DNA of 64,000 nt from a virus: positions 13,221 through 77,220 of the IMG/VR virus record IMGVR_UViG_3300043424_000316. One strand, written 5' to 3'. The stretch's first letter is position 1. Every line of letters starts with the position of its first letter. This document shows, in pieces, positions 9,358 through 18,458 of the stretch. Made by a program: the position numbers and the translations under genes. The notes under the pieces are model-generated. The model was not told the origin of the DNA and ran no database searches. It saw only the letters and a program-made list of their open reading frames with translations.

Positions 9358-11970
9358 TTATCCTATACTTACTATAATACAAATACCATTTCCACCATTA
9401 CCACCACGACCACTTGCATATCCGTTATCAGAAGCAGCGCCGCCGCCACCGCCCGCGCCGTATGATCCATCACCACCGCGTCCAGTTGCTTGCCCTGTTT
9501 TGTAAGAGCCGCCGCCGCCAGGAGTCCCAACTGTCAAATAACTATAAGTAAAAGAAACTCCATCATTTCCATTACCACCGTTAGTACCTCCGGTTGAAAC
9601 TGAAACTGATGGCAAAATTACAGACCAATAATCAATCGTACCACCATTTGCAGTTGTTGTACTACTTCCAGCGGCACCCGCTCCACCTGCACCTCCAAAA
9701 TTTCCAGTATAAGACAAACTTTGATTTGATACTCCAGATACCGTTCCTGGACTTCCATTTGAACCATTTTGACCACCAAGTGTTGAACTAGGTGCAAAGT
9801 TACTTATTACTGAAATAGCGGCTCCTCTATTACCAGAAGAAGTTGTCCCACCATTACCACCACCAGAAGTATATGTACTTGTAAATGAACCAAAAGATGT
9901 TGCTCCACCAGGAGATCCATTATTACCGTTTGTATTATCGGTTGTTATACTTGTACCACCCGCACCACCGGCTCCAATAGTTACAGATACGCTACCAGTT
10001 ACTTGTGTATTATTTAATTCAACCCATACCGATGATGCAGGAGCACCACCACCACCACCATATCGTGTAGATGTAGTTGCTTGTCTTGCACCAGATCCAG
10101 CTCCACCACCACCTCCAACTAAATAAACTTTGAAATACTTTCCCCAAGCAGGAGGAGTCCAAGTGCTTGAGGTTGTAATTGTATCTATTTGCACTTGCAT
10201 TCCTGCACCACCACCTGCGGCAGACAATGTAGATCCGGACATTGTTAGTCCACTTCCGAGTATTATTTCTTCAATGTTTCCTGCACCAGTAGTTGCACGG
10301 CCGAGTAATACTGATGATGTAGTTACATTTTGTATTTTAGCGTATGTTACTACATCATTATCAATAGTCCAAATACTTCCAGAACTTGTTACGGTAATAT
10401 CACCCTTGTCACCATCGGTTACTATACCAAAATTTCCACCACCACCAACATCAGTTGGTGTTGCAAATGAACCAAAATCATATACGGCAGGTGAACTTGA
10501 TGCAAAAGATGATGTTACGGCATAGGATGAACTAATCGAATAAGAAGCAGTTGTTGCCGTTGCAGCATTTCCAGATATGGATGCACTAATGAAAGATGAA
10601 TTTATCCATTTGGAATTTATATCATCATATACAAATGCTTGACGATCAGTTGGACCAGATATATTTACATCAGATAATCCAGTTAGCAGTGTTGTTACAG
10701 GAGATCCACCACCTCCTGCCCCACCAACAGACCTAAATAAACCACCAGGTGATATTTGATAATCATTTGATGTATTAAAAGTTCCATTACCTTTTATGAC
10801 AATAGCACCAAGATAAACTGCATTTTGTTGAGTATTTGGTGTTTCATTAAAAGTTTCTATTTCAAGATTTGTTAATGCTTCGTTTATAGTCCCATATTCA
10901 ACACTACCGTAATAAACAACAATACCTTTTGTTGCACTATTTGGGTACCAGAATACTCTCTGTATTGTAAATTTTGATGGACTTGTTGTGGTTAATATAC
11001 CGTCATTATTTGGATTATAGTTTCCAGGATCAATTACTGTATATCCAAGACCACCGTTAGTATCTTGGACAAAAGATGAGCCAGATTGATAATATCTAAA
11101 AATTTTAGATACCGATGTTCCAGGATCAACAATATAACTTGGATTATTCGGATCAACTTGATAATTTCTACCGTCAGCAAATGCAGTTCCACTACTAACC
11201 GTCAAACCTAATGATGACGATGGAACTATTGTTAGACCAGAAAGTTTAAGTGGTCCAAATGCCTTTATGAAATCATATGTTCTTTGTTTGTAACCATATG
11301 CGGTATTTGGATATGTAATTGTACCGTTTATTGTACTTAAATTCTGATGTAAAACTGTTCCAAGTGAAATTTTAGTATTATACTCCCCATTGTTAAATGG
11401 TTGAGTTTGTTGTGTAATTCCACCACCACTCCCTATTCCAAGAAATGTTTGAATGGATGAAGTTCTATATGTTAAGGTTTGTGATGTATATGTTGGCCAG
11501 TTTACAAACTCTATGGTTGGATAAGGATCGGTATTTATACTTGCATTTAGATTAACAATAATTCCACTACCAGATGATACATTAAATGTTGTTGAAGAAG
11601 CAGATGTAATCAATCCACCGTGCAACAATCCAGTATACATATTCCCTTCTAACCAACGAAGACGGATTGTATTGGTAAATGCACCATTGTATTGAGTGAA
11701 GTATAAATCGTTTGTTGAACCACTTGTGTAGATATACGAAGCGGATTTATCAGTAGGTATTGCTAAATCTGCAACTGGTTGTAAACCGATATAACCAACA
11801 ATGTCTTCACTGCCAGTTATGTATAAACTACCGGTTAAATTTGTTCTACCAATAAGTGTATTAGAACCCGTTGTAACCAATGATCCAGTTATTACGATAC
11901 CATTAGAAGCAGTTACAGATGCAAGGTGTGCCTGACTACCACTTACTATAAGTTTTTTCCAATTAGACAA
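9358..11970 (-). CDS. Tail fibre / receptor-binding protein with a C-terminal glycine-rich domain
   Basis: TTG start with a GGAG RBS, Ser/Thr-rich shaft and a C-terminal TWTPPAWGKYFKVYLVGGGGGAG...GGNGGNGICIIV glycine-rich domain typical of phage fibres. Confidence 0.75.
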   Translation of the reverse strand: MSNWKKLIVSGSQAHLASVTASNGIVITGSLVTTGSNTLIGRTNLTGSLYITGSEDIVGYIGLQPVADLAIPTDKSASYIYTSGSTNDLYFTQYNGAFTNTIRLRWLEGNMYTGLLHGGLITSASSTTFNVSSGSGIIVNLNASINTDPYPTIEFVNWPTYTSQTLTYRTSSIQTFLGIGSGGGITQQTQPFNNGEYNTKISLGTVLHQNLSTINGTITYPNTAYGYKQRTYDFIKAFGPLKLSGLTIVPSSSLGLTVSSGTAFADGRNYQVDPNNPSYIVDPGTSVSKIFRYYQSGSSFVQDTNGGLGYTVIDPGNYNPNNDGILTTTSPSKFTIQRVFWYPNSATKGIVVYYGSVEYGTINEALTNLEIETFNETPNTQQNAVYLGAIVIKGNGTFNTSNDYQISPGGLFRSVGGAGGGGSPVTTLLTGLSDVNISGPTDRQAFVYDDINSKWINSSFISASISGNAATATTASYSISSSYAVTSSFASSSPAVYDFGSFATPTDVGGGGNFGIVTDGDKGDITVTSSGSIWTIDNDVVTYAKIQNVTTSSVLLGRATTGAGNIEEIILGSGLTMSGSTLSAAGGGAGMQVQIDTITTSSTWTPPAWGKYFKVYLVGGGGGAGSGARQATTSTRYGGGGGAPASSVWVELNNTQVTGSVSVTIGAGGAGGTSITTDNTNGNNGSPGGATSFGSFTSTYTSGGGNGGTTSSGNRGAAISVISNFAPSSTLGGQNGSNGSPGTVSGVSNQSLSYTGNFGGAGGAGAAGSSTTTANGGTIDYWSVILPSVSVSTGGTNGGNGNDGVSFTYSYLTVGTPGGGGSYKTGQATGRGGDGSYGAGGGGGAASDNGYASGRGGNGGNGICIIVSIG

Positions 11971-11975
11971 AATAG

Positions 11976-12016
11976 AACTCCACAGTTTATATCAATACCA
12001 ATAAATATGTAGAATT
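11976..12016 (-). promoter_or_regulatory. Candidate late motif ATATTTAT inside an RBS-occluding hairpin
   Basis: In the mRNA, AAUUCUACA can pair with UGUGGAGUU, which contains the GGAG RBS. ATATTTAT lies at 12001-12008. Confidence 0.4.
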
Positions 12017-14114
12017 ACATTTTCAATAGATTTTCAATATGAGGTTTTACCATATCAAATGTTATTGATTTTGTACATTCAAACTGTCTTTCAGTACCTT
12101 TGTGTTCTGGACACCAATTCCAATCTCCTCTATCAAACAGATGTTTAGCAAAACAACCATGACAAACATCTTTGTTTATTACACGAATCACATCAGATTT
12201 CATTTCTTGCCATGGTTCTGAAAACCCGCTTATCAATATGGTTGGAACGTTTAATGCCCAAGAAAACCAAGTTAATCCACTTCCCAATCCAACGAAAAAC
12301 TTAGCACCTTTCAATATCGAACCAATTTCTTCCAATGATTTGTTATTTATTTTAATAATACCATTTGGTTGTTTATTACCCATATATCCATCTTCTTCTT
12401 TTGAAATCAAATAAACTTCATATCCAAATGATTTTACATAATCAACTAATTCTTGCCAACCAGTTGGATTATTCCAGTATTTTGCCTGAGCGGTCGAGTG
12501 AACTGCTATACAGATATATGGTTTATCTGTTTCATAAACTGAAAGTTGTTTTATTTTTGGTTTGATTTCCGAATAATCCAAACCGAGTATATCGGTTATG
12601 GTTTTTTGAAGTGGTATTGTATTTGGTGGATTTTCATTTATATCTGTATTAAAGTTTTTGTCATCAGTATAATACCAACCTATTTTATACGCACAATCAA
12701 AATCTAAAAAATTATCTATTTTATCCAAAAAAGTAATTTCAGGATATGATTCACTGAAAAGTGAATTGTGAAAAGAGAATACATATGTTTTACAATTATG
12801 TTTTTTTCTAAATTCATCAACATATGGAATCCAAGCAATAGTATCTCCTATCGAATTTGAATCAATGTATATCAATACTTTTTTATTATTCAAATCAAAA
12901 TTGTGTTCTATAACATTATTTTTTGAATCAGTTATGACTATTTTCCAGTCTACAAACTTTTTCTTATTTGCCTTTGCCCAAGAATTTGTTGAAATATCCG
13001 CAGAGTATACAACTTCACCCTTTGATTTATCTATAAATTTAACGTTGTATTGTTCTGGAAATTGTCCTGTTATTTTTACCTTCGGTCCATCTATGAAATT
13101 TATATCAAGTATGTTTTCATAATTTAGACGTTTTGTATTTTCATAAATTCTTATTGCAACATTTTTCATATCAGTCTTAGATACTGTTTCATATATTTTA
13201 TCTAATTTAGATACAACATTTTTCCAATCAAAGTTCTGTACACTATCTAATGTTTTTAACTTTTCAGATTCATAGTTTTCCATAACATATTGGATTTTAC
13301 TAACAATATCGTCAACATCCCTTTCAATTTGTGTAGTATGCAAATCACCAGAACAGTCTGTTGTAATAACAGGAAGTCCAGATGAAGCTGCCTCCAATAT
13401 AGTTAAGGGTGGATGTCCCGCCTCTATGCTAGTCGCATGAACTAATATGGTATGATTTGAGTAGTTATCTACTAATTCATCATCCGTCAAATCATATTTT
13501 ATATCAACATTTGGTCTTAGTAAATTTCTATTCTTATCGAAAAACTGTTTATTGTTATTAGTTGGACCAATTACCGTAATTGGTAAATTTAATTTAGTGG
13601 CCGCCTCTATTGCATATCTAAATCCTTTTCTATCGAATGTTGGATTTGAAATAACTCCGTTGTTCCCAACACAAATTATTTTATGTTCGTTTATTTCTTT
13701 TTTAATAGTATAGTTGTTTAACGAAACACCATGTTCCAAATAAATCGGAAATCCATCAAAGTATTCTATTAAGAATGGTGCAGGAACTATTGCAACTTCT
13801 GCCAATTTCATTGCCAATAAATTATCAGTGTATAATTGGGTTTCCTTTCCAGCAAGATATACATGATGATCATGACAAGTGTATATGTACGGTATTCCCT
13901 TTTTATACATTTCTAATGCATGATTCCATGCATGAACATGGACAATATCATACACACCGGATTCAATTTCATTGATATATGGTATATCTACAATATGTCC
14001 TAATTTTTCCAATTCACATTTATATTCCCAAATTATTTTTTCAACTGCACCCCAACTATTAGGCGGAATCGGTAGTAATCCCAAATTAACTTGTGCTATT
14101 CTCATTTGTATCAC
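12015..14114 (-). CDS. Fusion: GT4 glycosyltransferase plus Aah/TibC-type (autotransporter strand-loop-strand) protein O-heptosyltransferase
   Basis: N-terminal GT4 (IPPNSWGAVEKIIWE; EAGHPPLTILEAASSGLPVI). C-terminal SIGDTIAWIPYVDEF, STAQAKYWNNPTGW, FVGLGSGLTWFSWA, ISGFS and the Cys cluster CHGC...WCP..KGTERQFEC of the Aah/TibC family. The start may be ATG 14105. Confidence 0.85.
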   Translation of the reverse strand: MIQMRIAQVNLGLLPIPPNSWGAVEKIIWEYKCELEKLGHIVDIPYINEIESGVYDIVHVHAWNHALEMYKKGIPYIYTCHDHHVYLAGKETQLYTDNLLAMKLAEVAIVPAPFLIEYFDGFPIYLEHGVSLNNYTIKKEINEHKIICVGNNGVISNPTFDRKGFRYAIEAATKLNLPITVIGPTNNNKQFFDKNRNLLRPNVDIKYDLTDDELVDNYSNHTILVHATSIEAGHPPLTILEAASSGLPVITTDCSGDLHTTQIERDVDDIVSKIQYVMENYESEKLKTLDSVQNFDWKNVVSKLDKIYETVSKTDMKNVAIRIYENTKRLNYENILDINFIDGPKVKITGQFPEQYNVKFIDKSKGEVVYSADISTNSWAKANKKKFVDWKIVITDSKNNVIEHNFDLNNKKVLIYIDSNSIGDTIAWIPYVDEFRKKHNCKTYVFSFHNSLFSESYPEITFLDKIDNFLDFDCAYKIGWYYTDDKNFNTDINENPPNTIPLQKTITDILGLDYSEIKPKIKQLSVYETDKPYICIAVHSTAQAKYWNNPTGWQELVDYVKSFGYEVYLISKEEDGYMGNKQPNGIIKINNKSLEEIGSILKGAKFFVGLGSGLTWFSWALNVPTILISGFSEPWQEMKSDVIRVINKDVCHGCFAKHLFDRGDWNWCPEHKGTERQFECTKSITFDMVKPHIENLLKM

Positions 14115-16048
14115 CCTTTCTTAGCAAAAATAAAACCACCAACAGAGTTCATATTACGAGTTGATATTGAATACCCATTAGATTTGAGTGTATCTTCTAA
14201 TCCTCGAACATCATCGATCGTTTTTGATCCAAGTAAGTGATATTCAACAAGTATATTATCTATCAAATTGAAATCATCGGAATCAAATGAATTTATCAAA
14301 TCATATTCAGCAGATTCTATATCTATTTTTAATAAATTTATTCTATCTACACGATTTTTTTCAATAAATGATTTTAATGTAATTGCATTTACTGAATATG
14401 TATCTGAAAAAGAAGAATGATTTTGTATAGCAGAAACGGTAGAGTTGTTATCATGTGTATACAAACTCAATTTGCCGTTTTCATAATGAAGTGCCGAGTC
14501 TATTATTTCTATATTATCAAATGAATCTCTCAATGTTTTTAATGCGTTTATATTAGGTTCTATTGCATATATCCTTTTTACACTCGAAACAGTTCTTATG
14601 TATTCTATCCACATACCAACATTAGCACCAACATCCACTACTGTATCAAAAGTCTTTCCTTTCAAATATGGATCATAAATTCTGTCTATGAAAAATTCAT
14701 TGTAATTGAAAAACGTTGGTTCTGTTATATTTTTCATATGTATAAATGGTTTTTCAACACTTGGGGTTTTTATTCGTATTCTTTTACTATCTATAAAATT
14801 TCCATTTGAATATATTTCAACATTAAATCCGCCAAAAGTTGGTTCTTTATCGAAATCATAATGATTTTTTGGAACGGGTATTATCCAAAATTTTGAATCT
14901 CTCACATACTTTGGATGTTTTACAGACCACATGACTGCATTAGAATCCATGTCTTTTACCGAAACAACAACATCATCAAAATCTAAATTATGTGAATAAT
15001 ATATTTTATTTTCCGTGTTATCATATTCTACTGTAAATCTACCATTTTCCATTTTAGAATCCATTATTTGTTCATCGACTGAATTTATTGAAATACCTAA
15101 TTTATCAACTATCTTTTTTATATTTTTATTCAAATCATCAAAATCCAAATAGGATATAGATTCATATTTATCATACATACCCAAATAAACAGGTAAGTTG
15201 TATATCAAAGAAGGTAAATTGTAACCTATCGATTCTCTTATTACAAGTGGACTAGTTTCTTTATCATTTTCAGTCCCTCTTGATGTGAACAAAAACAAAT
15301 CCATACAAGAATAGAAATTATCAACATCGCCACGTTCACCCCAAATCTTAACATTAGGTGGACAATTCTTAACTAATGGTTCCCAATACATTTTGAAATT
15401 ATCTGCTTGATTTCCAACAAAATGAAACTGTATCGGATATTCTTGGAGTTTACGAGCATATTCAAAAATTTCTGATTGATTTTTTCTTGGACTGAATAAA
15501 CCAACGTTAAGTATATGTTTGATATTTGAATTCAATCCTAATTTTTTCAATCCATCTTCTCTACTCTGTCTTTCTTTATACTCAATATCGTTTTCAAGAA
15601 TCGTAATTGGTATATTTAATTTTGAAAATTCTTTTCTTTGGTATTCTGATATAAGTGCAAATTTATCAGGAAAAAATGTCTTATTTCTAATATCAAAGGA
15701 AGAATCGTGTGATGTCTCTATTATTTTATATGGTCTATCAACTGAATATAGTTCAACGGAAACATCTGTTTTCATAAAAAATTCTGGTATTTCTTGTAAG
15801 TGTACAATATCAGGATTTATTTTTTTAACTATTTCATTCAATTCGTTTTTATCTTCTGATAAAGAGTAGAACTTGTCTCCAAGTAATTTTACTATCTGTT
15901 TTCTTTGAACAACGAAAATATCTGCTATCATAGAATACTCTATACAGTAGACATCAACATCATTTATTATTTTTTTTATTAGAGATAGTGTATATTGAGG
16001 AAGGCCACCCGTTGAAAGATGTGGCACAATAAACAAAACTTTTTTCAC
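14111..16048 (-). CDS. Fusion: GT4-like glycosyltransferase plus FkbM-family methyltransferase
   Basis: PHLSTGGLPQY, NVGLFSPRKNQ, DLFLFTS..ETSPLVIRE; C-terminal VVDVGANVGMW, AIEPN and LLKIDIESAEY. GTG start with an AAGGTG RBS. Confidence 0.85.
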   Translation of the reverse strand: MKKVLFIVPHLSTGGLPQYTLSLIKKIINDVDVYCIEYSMIADIFVVQRKQIVKLLGDKFYSLSEDKNELNEIVKKINPDIVHLQEIPEFFMKTDVSVELYSVDRPYKIIETSHDSSFDIRNKTFFPDKFALISEYQRKEFSKLNIPITILENDIEYKERQSREDGLKKLGLNSNIKHILNVGLFSPRKNQSEIFEYARKLQEYPIQFHFVGNQADNFKMYWEPLVKNCPPNVKIWGERGDVDNFYSCMDLFLFTSRGTENDKETSPLVIRESIGYNLPSLIYNLPVYLGMYDKYESISYLDFDDLNKNIKKIVDKLGISINSVDEQIMDSKMENGRFTVEYDNTENKIYYSHNLDFDDVVVSVKDMDSNAVMWSVKHPKYVRDSKFWIIPVPKNHYDFDKEPTFGGFNVEIYSNGNFIDSKRIRIKTPSVEKPFIHMKNITEPTFFNYNEFFIDRIYDPYLKGKTFDTVVDVGANVGMWIEYIRTVSSVKRIYAIEPNINALKTLRDSFDNIEIIDSALHYENGKLSLYTHDNNSTVSAIQNHSSFSDTYSVNAITLKSFIEKNRVDRINLLKIDIESAEYDLINSFDSDDFNLIDNILVEYHLLGSKTIDDVRGLEDTLKSNGYSISTRNMNSVGGFIFAKKG

Positions 16049-16062
16049 AAAACACCTTTAAT

Positions 16063-16941
16063 TTAATATGCCAAAACGTAAACGCTTCCAGTATATGATG
16101 CACCGGTTGCAACTCCAGGAGCAGTTTGTAGTGAATTTCCTATTCTTTGTGTTTGAGAGTTGCTATGAAAGTCATTGCCCCAATAAGACCAAAATGTTTG
16201 CAATGGGTTATCATTTCTCCACGCATCGCCCTTTCCACTTGTTGATGATAGTGATCCTGTAAATGCACATAATGCTTGAATATCATTATCTGAATCCAGA
16301 TTTATTCCCATAATAACAAATCTAGTTGGAACTGCGGCTGGTGTTGTATTTGTTCTGAATGAATTACCACCACTTGCAACAAGTAGACCGGAATAACCAT
16401 TAACACCTGCAGTATGAAACCTTGCACTTGATGCAGTCCATTTGATGTTGTCTAAAACAGCTCCACCGTCAAACCTTGATGCGGTCTGTTGAAACCTATC
16501 CAATCTATCTAATATATTGTAAATAGATTCTGTTTGAGTTGATTCTACTAAATCGTATATCAGATAATTATTATGTGATGTTGGATCATTTGAATTAGAT
16601 GTCCCATCTACAAAAGCAATTTTTGTTATATTTGTTTTATTAAAGAATGCAGGATAAAGACCCTGTGAATCCCCGAATGTTGTTCTTGAACTTGCTGTTG
16701 TACTTGTTAAACTGGCACTTCTAAAAAGAGTTGTTCCAGGATTTCCCATATTAGTTCGTAATATAGATGCAGTCCAATTTGCTGAAGTTACTTTTTTACC
16801 ATTATATCTCAATAAAACTTCCCATCCGATAGACTCTGTTACCGGAGTGGTTGATGCTGTTAATGAAAATGATCCACTCGTAGATACACGTCTCAATATA
16901 AATCCACCATTTCCACCATTATTTGATATTTTCAAACTCAT
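16063..16941 (-). CDS. Hypothetical Ser/Thr-rich protein, probably virion-associated
   Basis: 292-aa ORF with SGS/TGS/SAS composition like the neighbouring structural proteins. Confidence 0.55.
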   Translation of the reverse strand: MSLKISNNGGNGGFILRRVSTSGSFSLTASTTPVTESIGWEVLLRYNGKKVTSANWTASILRTNMGNPGTTLFRSASLTSTTASSRTTFGDSQGLYPAFFNKTNITKIAFVDGTSNSNDPTSHNNYLIYDLVESTQTESIYNILDRLDRFQQTASRFDGGAVLDNIKWTASSARFHTAGVNGYSGLLVASGGNSFRTNTTPAAVPTRFVIMGINLDSDNDIQALCAFTGSLSSTSGKGDAWRNDNPLQTFWSYWGNDFHSNSQTQRIGNSLQTAPGVATGASYTGSVYVLAY

Positions 16942-17114
16942 TTCAAATATAACTGCTGAAGTTTGTAAACAAGATCATATACGACTTGAACCTCTTTTCC
17001 CTTAAATGTACTATCGGAAATCAATTTTAATAAAAATTCCAATTCCTCCTTAGAAAAAGAAGGAATTGGAGGTATTGTATTATTTTCATTATTTTCTTTT
17101 TTAACTAAACCCAT
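16938..17114 (-). CDS. Small hypothetical protein (58 aa), not in the ORF track
   Basis: MGLVKKENNENNTIPPIPSFSKEELEFLLKLISDSTFKGKEVQVVYDLVYKLQQLYLK. It fills the gap exactly, overlaps the next gene by ATGA and has an upstream AGG. Confidence 0.7.
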   Translation of the reverse strand: MGLVKKENNENNTIPPIPSFSKEELEFLLKLISDSTFKGKEVQVVYDLVYKLQQLYLK

Positions 17115-17138
17115 GATAAAACCTATTATTTTTCATAA

Positions 17139-17170
17139 CAAATATACAAAATTTTATGAATATATCCAAA
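17139..17170 (-). promoter_or_regulatory. Bacteroidota-type sigma70 promoter (consensus match)
   Basis: Minus strand TTTG-N20-TATATTTG, upstream of the small ORF / hypothetical / GT4-FkbM / GT4-heptosyltransferase run. Confidence 0.6.
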
Positions 17171-18434
17171 TGTTTCCAGTATTACTATCAACAAAAATGG
17201 TTCCAAATCCACTTGCACCACCATAAACAGGATCGGATGCTGGATTCGCAGTACCTTCTTGTACAACACCCATGAACGCATCTGGAGTTAGAGATGTTGC
17301 AGTTGGAGATGCATTATTTTGTAATGCCCAACGATCTGCACTCGCATCAACACCCAATGCATATCCTGTACTTGCTGCCTGTTGTATTATTATACCACCA
17401 TCTGTATTTGTATCTGAACCAGACGCAAATAGGGCAAACTTGTCTTCAATAGTAATGTTTGTAGTATCAACAGTTGTTGTTGTACCATTGACAACCAAAT
17501 CACCACTAACAACAAGTTTATTATTTACAGTTGTTGTTGATGAACCATTACCTATATTAACTGCAGTAGCACCAGTAGTACCAACATTTATTGTTGTTGC
17601 ATTTGTTGTAGCAACATTAAATGTTGCAGCGGATGTTGTAATATCACCACCATTAACTGCAATATCACCTGTAAGAGTGACATCAACAAATTGAGGACTA
17701 TCGCCAGTTTGAAGACCGGTATCAACATCGGTTTGAACACCGTTAATCACTGCACGAACTGTGCCTTGTGATGGAGAACTGAATGATGAACCACTAACTG
17801 TTCCAGTAGGAAGAGCAGATACTACACCACTTGTAAATGTGGTTGATGCAGTGTTCAAAGTAATGTTTGGTGTACTACCCTCACCACTTGTTACACTTGA
17901 TACAATAGCACCGGAACCGGAAACTGTTGCAACATAATCACCGGTTGTATCAGTTCCGAGAGCAACCGAATTAGCTTGTATGGTTGCAACACCAGTTGAT
18001 GCATTGATGAGAATATCACCACTTACACCAGCATAAGATGATGAGTTAAAAAATGTCTGCATTGATCCCGAATTAACAGAAAGACTATCTGTTGCTTCAA
18101 CGGACAATCCTGTACCCGCAAGGTCTGTTAGAAGATTTCCATAAGTGAATTTCTTATTTCCACTTGTTGCATCACCTGGATCATCATTGATAAAAAATTT
18201 ATCAGTTGATGCCAGATTAGTTGTTGCATTTGTTGGAAATGATGGAGTTGCAGTTACTCCTGTCAGTCCAGTACCATCTCCTGTAAAGGAACCTGTGAAA
18301 GAACCAGTAAGACGAGTATTTGCCTGGGTTGGTTGAATTTGTTGATTAGTACCGACTAATACCCCAACCGAAGCACTCACCGATGCAAGTTCGGCTACAC
18401 TACCCGATACTATAAGTTTTTTCCACGTTGCCAT
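17154..18434 (-). CDS. Fibre-like virion structural protein
   Basis: N-terminus MATWKKLIVSGS shared with 9358..11970. TGSFTGSFTGDG and LVVSGDLVVNGTTTTVDTTNITIEDK are triple-beta-helix-like segments. GGAG RBS. Confidence 0.65.
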   Translation of the reverse strand: MATWKKLIVSGSVAELASVSASVGVLVGTNQQIQPTQANTRLTGSFTGSFTGDGTGLTGVTATPSFPTNATTNLASTDKFFINDDPGDATSGNKKFTYGNLLTDLAGTGLSVEATDSLSVNSGSMQTFFNSSSYAGVSGDILINASTGVATIQANSVALGTDTTGDYVATVSGSGAIVSSVTSGEGSTPNITLNTASTTFTSGVVSALPTGTVSGSSFSSPSQGTVRAVINGVQTDVDTGLQTGDSPQFVDVTLTGDIAVNGGDITTSAATFNVATTNATTINVGTTGATAVNIGNGSSTTTVNNKLVVSGDLVVNGTTTTVDTTNITIEDKFALFASGSDTNTDGGIIIQQAASTGYALGVDASADRWALQNNASPTATSLTPDAFMGVVQEGTANPASDPVYGGASGFGTIFVDSNTGNIWIYS

Positions 18435-18458
18435 TTAATTCTCCAAAATTTGAGTTGT

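Noticed and set aside
371-16048. GTs as DNA hypermodification enzymes
   Set aside because: No hydroxymethylase or other base-modification genes are nearby, the Aah/TibC family acts on proteins, and the context is fibre genes. Not fully excluded for the GT-A and GT4 domains.
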